Assembly: GCA_905236715.1 (NCBI GenBank)
Contig: CAJOMQ010000007.1
Span: 3,254-67,253 of the forward strand
Source: an uncultured Bacilli bacterium
GTDB taxonomy: Bacteria; Bacillota_I; Bacilli_A; RFN20; CAG-826
Direction of reading: 5' to 3'
Length of the DNA stretch: 64,000 nucleotides
Below are positions 1 to 7,442 of this stretch, piece after piece. The translations under genes and the position numbers were made by a program. Below the pieces are notes generated by a model, which saw only the letters and a program-made list of their open reading frames with translations, searched no databases and was not told the DNA's origin. Positions within the stretch are counted from its first letter, which is position 1. The number at the start of each line of letters is the position of its first letter.

Positions 1-2
1 TT

Positions 3-281
3 AAACAAGATAATTATATTGAATGTTCTTTTATGCCTGATGTACAAAGACTGATGTTCTTATCATTTTCTAGAGACCACAAAATATTTTTTGAAGAATT
101 AAAAAAATACGTTGAAGGGACGAAAAACAAATATTTCATTCAATGTGCACTTTTGGTTGCAAGAAGAGTAGTGATTGATAATTATGAAGATGTCTCAAAA
201 AACAATCGTCAATTATTGGAATATATGAAAGCAAAAAGCGGTCCAAGGCTTCTATCTAGTGTTTTCTCAAACAAGAAATAA
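3..281 (+). CDS. Hypothetical protein, C-terminal part (reading frame is open to the left window edge)
   Basis: The frame of ORF 33..281 has no stop back to position 3, so the gene probably starts outside the window. I recognised no motif. Confidence 0.35.
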   Translation, partial: KQDNYIECSFMPDVQRLMFLSFSRDHKIFFEELKKYVEGTKNKYFIQCALLVARRVVIDNYEDVSKNNRQLLEYMKAKSGPRLLSSVFSNKK

Positions 282-401
282 AAGCGATGTTTATTGTGCC
301 TAAACTGTTTAATGTGAGATAGATTTTTGGTTTTTTACAGTCTGTTATAAATCTTGTTCATAGATACACTCAATTTTTAACCAAAAATATACATGAGTAT
401 T

Positions 402-548
402 TATTTCAGTCGGACCAAGTTGTATCTGATGGCGATGATTTGTACTATTATCAGTGTAGTTCCAAATTAACATACTATATTATTAATAATATAGTATATA
501 AGCTTAACACACCTCTAATTAGGATTATTACAGTCGGAATAATTTGTA
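402..548. repeat. 26-bp perfect palindrome (472-497, ATACTATATTATTAATAATATAGTAT) flanked by imperfect direct repeats TTATT[T/A]CAGTCGGA..AA.TTGTA (402-424 and 526-548)
   Basis: Read directly. I checked the palindrome base by base. The 18-nt cores CAGTCGGACCAAGTTGTA and CAGTCGGAATAATTTGTA share 15 of 18 positions. Confidence 0.7.
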
Positions 549-696
549 GCAAATAATAAATAGGGATTACTACGGTACGTTAAAGACATCTTTTTCGTTC
601 CTTTGTTTCATTTGTATAGTAAGTTGATTAAAAATGTTCATGTTAAAATATTGCATAAAAATTATTTTAGTGATAAATTATAGACGAGGTATCCAT

Positions 697-1956
697 ATGC
701 TTGGGGAAATTAAAATTAATAACTATCGTTTCTTTCTGGGTGAAAATGTTTTTTCATTTGTCGCAGATAGGCGAACAAAAAAACTAATATCTAATTCTGT
801 TCTTTTAGATAATAGACCAATACTTAAGTCACTGGCTTTTTATGGTAACAACAATTCGGGAAAAACGAATATTATAAATCTTTTTAAATCATTAAAAATT
901 TTACTTTCAGGAAAAGAGAATTTTGCTTTTAATTCTACTAGAATTTTTAGAGACTCAGATGTTGTTTCTATATCAATTACTTTCAACAATAACAATGATA
1001 TGGGGTGGATTAAGTATGATTTTGAATACAATTGTGAAACAAGAGAATTTCTAAAAGAAAAGATTAGTAATGTCTATTATTATGATACTGGGAATCCTCG
1101 TATTAATGATGTCTTTGAATTTGATAGAAATGCCAAAATACTCAAAGTATATGATGTTGATCAATCAAAATATTTAGATATGTATGTTGGCAATAAGCCA
1201 TTTGTCCATAGTGTTCGTGTCGACGAAGGCGAGTTTCAATCATTGAAAGTATATAAAACCGCACTCGAAGAGCTGGGAAACTCATTAGTTATAATTGATC
1301 TTTATAACATTCCAATTGATGGAACTTTGGAGGCTTTTAAGACTAACGATACTAAGAAAATTAACTTCATTACTTCGTTTGCGAAACATGCCGATTTGAC
1401 AATTGATAAGTTGTCATTTGCCAAAGAAAATGAAGTATCAATAACTCCAACTAGAGTGAACGAAAAAGCCCTGGAAGATGTAATACAAGTTCCTGATGCT
1501 TTCAGGTTAATGACAACATATAAAAACGCTAGGGTTCCCTCTATATTTTTTGACTCATCTGGCACAAAAAAAATTGAAGCGCTTGCCGCATATATTTATG
1601 ATTCATTGTACGAAGGCAAAACTTTAATAATTGATGAACTTGATAATGGGCTTCATTTTATGCTAACAAGAGCAATTGTTAGTTTATTTAATAATATTGA
1701 GAATACAAAAGGGCAATTATTCTTTACGGCACACGATTTGCAGCTTGTTGATTGTGCCTCTCTTTTGAGAAAAGAACAAATATATTTTGTTTCAAGAGAC
1801 GAGAACTGTGGAAAAATAAAATCTCTTGGAGACTTAACTGTTGCAGATACTGGGATTCGCGAAGGATCTGATTTGCTAAAAAGATATTATAAAGGCGATT
1901 TTGGACCTATTCCGTCCCCATCATTTATTAGGGATCTATTATTGATAGGGAAATAA
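697..1956 (+). CDS. ABC-like AAA_15/AAA_21-type ATPase (RloA/AbiLi/AriA-like partner of a TOPRIM protein)
   Basis: Walker A is FYGNNNSGKTNI and Walker B is LIIDELDNGLH. A signature-like SSGTKK and an H-loop-like FFTAHD are present, and the N-terminus IKINNYRFF is typical of this family. I moved the start to ATG 697 (M22 of the track ORF) because GAGGT lies 7 nt upstream. Confidence 0.75.
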   Translation: MLGEIKINNYRFFLGENVFSFVADRRTKKLISNSVLLDNRPILKSLAFYGNNNSGKTNIINLFKSLKILLSGKENFAFNSTRIFRDSDVVSISITFNNNNDMGWIKYDFEYNCETREFLKEKISNVYYYDTGNPRINDVFEFDRNAKILKVYDVDQSKYLDMYVGNKPFVHSVRVDEGEFQSLKVYKTALEELGNSLVIIDLYNIPIDGTLEAFKTNDTKKINFITSFAKHADLTIDKLSFAKENEVSITPTRVNEKALEDVIQVPDAFRLMTTYKNARVPSIFFDSSGTKKIEALAAYIYDSLYEGKTLIIDELDNGLHFMLTRAIVSLFNNIENTKGQLFFTAHDLQLVDCASLLRKEQIYFVSRDENCGKIKSLGDLTVADTGIREGSDLLKRYYKGDFGPIPSPSFIRDLLLIGK

Positions 1957-1957
1957 T

Positions 1958-2641
1958 ATGAATAATGCTGATTTCGAAATGAAAATTGCGGTCGTAGTAG
2001 AGGGTGACGAGGAAGAATGTCTATTTTCAATCGCAAAAGAAACCGGTCACTTTAACCCCGTGCTTGATATCGAAATAATTAATGCAGGAGGAGAAGGAAA
2101 TGTGCCAGCGTTCTTCCATGATTGCTATTCAAACCCCGTTTACAATTGTACGGTTGCCGTCTATGACGTTGACAACAAATGCAACCAAGACAAGTCCAAA
2201 TATAATTTAACAAAGAACAAATTGAAAAACATTGTTGGAGAAAATGCTGACATTGTAAGTTTCTGCACAAACCCTAACATTCTTCAAATTCTTTTGCTCG
2301 GTTGTAATACTGTTAATAATGTCTCGTTAAAGTCAACGGCAAAAACAAATAACGAGGACATTGTAAGCACATATTGGCCTAAGATTACGAGAAAAATAAA
2401 GAACGGTAAGCAAGTCAAGAAAGGCTATGATGCAAGTAAGTATCAATTAGAAATAATAAAAGATTCATATATATATGATGAAGAACCATCATATGATTAT
2501 ATGATATTGTTAAATAATTCATTAGAATTAGACATAGAGTATGAAACAAAATGTCCAGCAAGCAATGTCCAACATTTATTAAAAGCAATTAATGATGGTG
2601 ACATTAACTTTTTTAAAAATATTATAGATAAAACAAAATAG
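1958..2641 (+). CDS. TOPRIM-domain protein of the RloB/DUF4435/OLD-nuclease type
   Basis: An N-terminal IAVVVEGDEEE provides the TOPRIM glutamate and a downstream VAVYDVDNK provides the DxD. The protein is 227 aa, which fits RloB-like proteins. The ATG lies 1 nt after the ATPase stop, so the two are translationally coupled. Confidence 0.6.
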   Translation: MNNADFEMKIAVVVEGDEEECLFSIAKETGHFNPVLDIEIINAGGEGNVPAFFHDCYSNPVYNCTVAVYDVDNKCNQDKSKYNLTKNKLKNIVGENADIVSFCTNPNILQILLLGCNTVNNVSLKSTAKTNNEDIVSTYWPKITRKIKNGKQVKKGYDASKYQLEIIKDSYIYDEEPSYDYMILLNNSLELDIEYETKCPASNVQHLLKAINDGDINFFKNIIDKTK

Positions 2642-2652
2642 GAGACTCTGGC

Positions 2653-2880
2653 ATGCTTAAGTATGATGAAAAACAACACATTAAAGACATTTTAGCAGAT
2701 GGACTAAATATCAATAGAAATATTAATTTCCCTTATTTTTTAGATGCTATAGATAGTACTAATAAGAGTGTGAAAGCTTTAAAATCCCAACTCGATGCCA
2801 TTATGTATAACCAAAAGATACTCGATAATCAGTTAAGAGAAATCGCTGACCTTCTGACTAGATTACAAAGTAAGATATAA
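2653..2880 (+). CDS. Small hypothetical protein (75 aa) with predicted C-terminal coiled coil; third gene of the cassette
   Basis: The start is 11 nt after the TOPRIM gene stop and is preceded by AGGAG. The heptad-like C-terminus reads KALKSQLDAIMYNQKILDNQLREIADLLTRLQ. I see no TM segment and no recognisable family. Confidence 0.45.
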   Translation: MLKYDEKQHIKDILADGLNINRNINFPYFLDAIDSTNKSVKALKSQLDAIMYNQKILDNQLREIADLLTRLQSKI

Positions 2881-3215
2881 AACCGATAAACGAAATTGAC
2901 CAAAAAGATTTTAATTTTTCTTCGCTTCTTAGTACTGGTTTAATTATTTTGTCCACATTTTCTATAATGGGTATTTTTGCGCTTCTTCTTTTGAAGACTG
3001 ATGTTTTTTAATAATGTTGCATAGAACACTTGTCATATAATTTTAATGAGAAAAACTTGGTTTTAAACAAAAGAACGAAAAAAAAGTACAATGCATTATA
3101 CTCATTATACTTTTTCATTAACTTCGTCATTCTATTATTTTTGTCTTTTATTGTGTTTCTCTTTATAATGTTAATAACTAAATTAAGAAGTTATTAAATC
3201 AAAATGGAGCCAAAT

Positions 3216-4520
3216 ATGAAAACTGTTTATATTGCTATGTCCACGGATATCTTACACGAAGGGCATATTAACGTGATTAATGAAGGCGCTAAATACGGAG
3301 AAGTCATTATCGGTTTATTAAGCGATAAGGCTATCGCCGAATATAAAAGAATGCCTTTATTATCTTTTGAAGAAAGAAAACTCATCTTTGAAAATATCAA
3401 AAATGTCACTAAAGTCGTCAAACAAGATTCTTTGGATTATACCGATACCTTACAACAATTAAAACCAGATTACGTGGTACATGGTGATGATTGGAAAGAA
3501 GGAGTTCAACAAGAAACTAGAGCCAAAGTCATCGAAACTCTTAAAGAGTGGGGCGGACAATTAATCGAAGTACCATATACCCATGGTGTTTCCGCTTCCG
3601 AAATTGAAAATAAAGTCCGCAAATTATATAGCACACCCGATAGAAGACGTGCGGCATTAAAAAAGATGATTAACGCGAAACCCTTTATCCGTGTCTTAGA
3701 AGCGGATAATGGTTTAACTGGTCTTATTGATGAAACAACATTTGTCATTGACCCTAAAACAGGCTTTCGAAAAGAATTTGATGCCATGTGGGTATCATCA
3801 TTATGTGATTCCACGTTTAAAGGCAAACCCGATATCGAATTAGTGGATCAAACTAGCCGCATGAACACGATTAATGAAATTATGGATGTCACCACAAAAC
3901 CCATCATCTTAGATGGTGATACCGGTGGTAAAGTAGAACATTTTGTTTTTAATGTAAAGACATTAGAAAGAATGGGTGTCTCCGCGATTATTATCGAAGA
4001 TAAAACTGGTTTAAAACAAAATTCATTATTTGGTACCGAAGTCAAGCAAGTGCAAGAAGACCCCGATGTTTTTGCCGATAAGATTAGAAGGGGCAAATTA
4101 GCGCAGGTGACAAAAGACTTTATGATTATTGCCCGTTGTGAATCATTAATCGCTGGTCAAGGTATTGAAGATGCTTTATTTAGATGCCGTAAATATGTCG
4201 CCGCGGGTGCGGATGGCATTATGATTCATTCCAAAGAAAAAGATGGACAAGAAATCTTTGCCTTTATGGCGGAATTCCGCAAAGAATTCCCCTTTGTCCC
4301 CATCATCTTAGTGCCTACTTCCTATAATCAATTCACCGAAGAAGAATTATGTGAAAAAGGCGCGAATGTGATTATTCACGCTAATCACTTGGTGAGAAGT
4401 GCTTTCCCCGCGATGAAAAAAACCGCCGAAAGTATTCTCTTACATGGTAGAAGTAAAGAAGCGAGTGATGAATATTGTATGTCGATTAAAGACATCATCA
4501 CTTTAATCCCTAAGGAATAA
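3216..4520 (+). CDS. Bifunctional cytidylyltransferase-like domain / phosphoenolpyruvate mutase (Fom1-like architecture)
   Basis: The N-terminal ~135 aa resemble TagD-type cytidylyltransferases (HxGH as LHEGH, YTHGVSASEI). The C-terminal ~290 aa carry PEP mutase motifs (EADNGLTG, DGDTGG, EDKTGLKQNS). I prefer ATG 3216 because GGAG lies 6 nt upstream; the track ORF starts at 3204. Confidence 0.85.
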   Translation: MKTVYIAMSTDILHEGHINVINEGAKYGEVIIGLLSDKAIAEYKRMPLLSFEERKLIFENIKNVTKVVKQDSLDYTDTLQQLKPDYVVHGDDWKEGVQQETRAKVIETLKEWGGQLIEVPYTHGVSASEIENKVRKLYSTPDRRRAALKKMINAKPFIRVLEADNGLTGLIDETTFVIDPKTGFRKEFDAMWVSSLCDSTFKGKPDIELVDQTSRMNTINEIMDVTTKPIILDGDTGGKVEHFVFNVKTLERMGVSAIIIEDKTGLKQNSLFGTEVKQVQEDPDVFADKIRRGKLAQVTKDFMIIARCESLIAGQGIEDALFRCRKYVAAGADGIMIHSKEKDGQEIFAFMAEFRKEFPFVPIILVPTSYNQFTEEELCEKGANVIIHANHLVRSAFPAMKKTAESILLHGRSKEASDEYCMSIKDIITLIPKE

Positions 4521-4527
4521 TATACAT

Positions 4528-5640
4528 ATGGTTGATACATTACATTTTTATCAATATTTAATAGAAAACAATTTAGATTTTTTTACTGGTGTACCTGATT
4601 CTTTATTAAAAGAATTATGTGCCTATATTAAAGATAATAGTGACGCTAAACACAACATCATTGCCGCGAACGAAGGTAACGCCATTGCTTTAGCGTCCGG
4701 TTATCATTTATCCACTGGTAAATTAGGTGTGGTTTATATGCAAAATAGTGGAGAAGGTAACGCTGTTAACCCCCTCCTCTCTTTAGCGGATCCGAAAGTC
4801 TATTCCATTCCAATGTTATTAATCATTGGCTGGCGTGGTGAGCCAGGAGTGCATGATGAACCACAACATGTTAAACAAGGTGAAGTCACTTTGAAATTAT
4901 TAGAAGCGATGGATATTGAATATCGCATTCTTTCTGATAATTATGAAAATGATTTATCTTCTTTAATTTCCTTAGCGAAGAAAGAAAATAAACCGGTTGC
5001 CTTGGTTATTAAAAAAGGTACATTCTCTAAATATCAACCCATCAACAAAGACAAAATTAATATGGGTGAATTATTAAGAGAAGAAGCTTTAGAAGTGATC
5101 TTAAAAGAAATTGGCGATGATATGGTGGTATCCACAACTGGAAAAGAATCACGAGAAATATTTGAAATAAGAGAAAGATATGAACAAGGACATGGCCATG
5201 ATTTTCTCACTGTTGGTAGTATGGGACATACTTCTTCGATTGCTTTAGGTGTCAGTATTGGCACTAATAAAAATGTTTGGTGTTTAGATGGTGATGGTAG
5301 TTTTATCATGCACATGGGTTCTTTAGCTATCGTTGGACAAAATGCAGGAGATAATTATAAATATATCATCAATAATAATGCCGCTCATGAATCTGTCGGT
5401 GGTCAACCAACAGTCAGCGATAAAATTGATATCAAACAAATCTTAACAGCGTGTGGTTTTGATAAAGTTTATGAAGCGAGAACTAAAGAAGAAATCAAAA
5501 CTGCTATTAACAATATGAAAAAAGATGGCAAATCCGCGTTGATTTTATATACCAAACAAGGCAGTCGTGATGATTTAGGCCGTCCCACAACGACACCCAT
5601 TCAAAATAAAGAAGCCTTTATGGAGACTATTAAAAAATAA
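4528..5640 (+). CDS. Phosphonopyruvate decarboxylase (ThDP-dependent)
   Basis: The ThDP-binding motif is GDGSFIMHMGSL...NN. The N-terminus FFTGVPDSLLK is typical of Ppd/Fom2/AepY. The protein is 370 aa and the gene sits immediately after the PEP mutase gene. Confidence 0.85.
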   Translation: MVDTLHFYQYLIENNLDFFTGVPDSLLKELCAYIKDNSDAKHNIIAANEGNAIALASGYHLSTGKLGVVYMQNSGEGNAVNPLLSLADPKVYSIPMLLIIGWRGEPGVHDEPQHVKQGEVTLKLLEAMDIEYRILSDNYENDLSSLISLAKKENKPVALVIKKGTFSKYQPINKDKINMGELLREEALEVILKEIGDDMVVSTTGKESREIFEIRERYEQGHGHDFLTVGSMGHTSSIALGVSIGTNKNVWCLDGDGSFIMHMGSLAIVGQNAGDNYKYIINNNAAHESVGGQPTVSDKIDIKQILTACGFDKVYEARTKEEIKTAINNMKKDGKSALILYTKQGSRDDLGRPTTTPIQNKEAFMETIKK

Positions 5641-7391
5641 TGAAAGCTTTAATATTTAATTCCGGTATCGGTAAAAGGATGGCGGAACTTACCGCGAATA
5701 ATCCTAAATCCATGGTGCATCTATATAATGATGAAACCATTTTTGAAAGACAAATTAGACTTCTCCAAGAAGCGGGTATCACCGAAGTTATCATTACCAC
5801 TGGTCCATATCCAGAGATGTTAAAAAATATATGCGCAAAGTCGTGTTATAAGAACATGCATTTTTATTTCCCTCATAACGAGATATATGACGCTTCTAAT
5901 TATATTTATTCCATGTATAAGGCGAGAGATTATATCGATGATGATATTTTAATGATGCATGGTGATTTGGTCTTTGATCGCACGTTAATACCGCAGATAT
6001 TAAAAAACCCCGAAGAAAACCTCTGCTTAATTAATAAATATAAACCTCTTCCCGAAAAAGATTTTAAAGGAAGAATTATCAATAATGAATTAAGAGAAGT
6101 TTCAATCAATATCTTTGATAGTGATTGTTATGCTTTTCAGCCATTATATAAATTATCTTATAAAGTCATCAAAAGATGGTTAGATAATGTTATTAAATAT
6201 GTGAAAAATAACAACATCAATGTTTATGCAGAAAACGCTTTAAACGAAGTCGCGGAAGGACTTCATATTAGACCCTTTTCTTATCAAAGACATTTTATTG
6301 ATGAAGTGGATAATATTGATGATTTAAATCGCGTTAACACAGAGATTCAATCTTGGGATTATCAAAAACAAAGCATAAAAATAACCACTGAATATTTATT
6401 ACCTTTAAAAACACAGTTAAAGAAAATCAATAGTGAGAAACCTTTTATTGTGGTGGACCATTTCTTAAAAAAAGAAATCGCACAAAAATTACCACAAGGT
6501 GTCGTTTTTTCTTCTTTCACCCCTAATCCAAAATATGAGGAGATGTTAGAAGGATTGAAATTATTTAAAAGTAGTGGGTGTGATTCCATTGTCTCCATCG
6601 GTGGTGGTTCTTGCATTGATGTGGCTAAAGTCATCAAATTATCTCTTAATACTGACCTTACTAGTGATATTCCCACTTTCCAACAAACATATCACTATAA
6701 CCATATCAAACATATTTGTTTACCCACCACAAGTGGCACTGGTAGTGAATCAACTAGACACGCAGTCTTATATCTAGATGATATAAAACAATCAATATCT
6801 CACCCCACCTTAGTGCCTGATTATGTCTTATTATGCGCGAAATTTATCTATACTGTCCCTCCTTATCAAAGAAAAGCCACAATGATGGATGCTTTATGTC
6901 AATGTATGGAATCTCTTTGGTCCAAAAAAGCCACCAAAGAAAGTCGTAGATACGCATTAAAAGGAATAAGACTAATAAAAGATAATTATAAGGATTATAT
7001 AGAATTAGATAAGAAGGGTATGAAAAATATCCAAATCGCGGCGAATTATTCTGGTAAAGCCATCAATATCAGTGAAACCACTGCCGCGCATGCGATGAGT
7101 TATAAATTAACTTCTTTATATCATATCCCCCATGGTCATGCGGTCGCGATATGTATGAACGCTATATTACATAATTGTCATGTAAAGACAAAATATAAAG
7201 ATATAGATATAGAGAAATTATTCTATGATATCGTGGATGATTTCCAACTAGATATGTATCCAGAAATCAAAAAAGAAGATCTTCCTCTTCTTGTTGATTC
7301 TGTTAATCCTATTAGATTAAAGAATTTTCCATATCACATTAATATTAAAAAATGTTATTCAAGTATCATGAATCAAATAAATAACAAATAA
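5640..7391 (+). CDS. Fusion of a LicC-like nucleotidyltransferase and an iron-containing alcohol dehydrogenase (putative phosphonoacetaldehyde reductase)
   Basis: The N-terminus ALIFNSGIGKRM is an NTP-transferase G-x-G-x-R loop. The C-terminal half carries Fe-ADH motifs GGGSCIDVAKV, PTTSGTGSE and HAMSY...PHGHAVA. The start overlaps the stop of the previous gene (TAATG). Confidence 0.8.
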   Translation: MKALIFNSGIGKRMAELTANNPKSMVHLYNDETIFERQIRLLQEAGITEVIITTGPYPEMLKNICAKSCYKNMHFYFPHNEIYDASNYIYSMYKARDYIDDDILMMHGDLVFDRTLIPQILKNPEENLCLINKYKPLPEKDFKGRIINNELREVSINIFDSDCYAFQPLYKLSYKVIKRWLDNVIKYVKNNNINVYAENALNEVAEGLHIRPFSYQRHFIDEVDNIDDLNRVNTEIQSWDYQKQSIKITTEYLLPLKTQLKKINSEKPFIVVDHFLKKEIAQKLPQGVVFSSFTPNPKYEEMLEGLKLFKSSGCDSIVSIGGGSCIDVAKVIKLSLNTDLTSDIPTFQQTYHYNHIKHICLPTTSGTGSESTRHAVLYLDDIKQSISHPTLVPDYVLLCAKFIYTVPPYQRKATMMDALCQCMESLWSKKATKESRRYALKGIRLIKDNYKDYIELDKKGMKNIQIAANYSGKAINISETTAAHAMSYKLTSLYHIPHGHAVAICMNAILHNCHVKTKYKDIDIEKLFYDIVDDFQLDMYPEIKKEDLPLLVDSVNPIRLKNFPYHINIKKCYSSIMNQINNK

Positions 7392-7442
7392 TTTTATTTT
7401 TTGTTATATTACTAATATATAAAAGAAGGATGATGAAAGATT

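Noticed and set aside
634-696. N-terminal extensions of track ORFs: 634 (ATPase), 18245-18298 (lipoprotein), 31668 (CCA-like), 42325 (miaA), 53219 (rpoE) and 28812-28841 (ferredoxin).
   Set aside because: In each case an internal ATG has a much better Shine-Dalgarno and matches the family's usual N-terminus. Alternatively, the extension runs through the upstream terminator hairpin or deep into the upstream gene.
2881-3203. The 320-nt AT-rich spacer after the cassette, including the tandem CATTATACT CATTATACT and a TTGCAT...TATAAT pair, considered as a possible pseudogene remnant or mobile-element end.
   Set aside because: I could not reconstruct a protein-like frame on either strand. The -35/-10 spacing is too short (13 nt) for a confident promoter call. 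I note it only as context for the cassette boundary.
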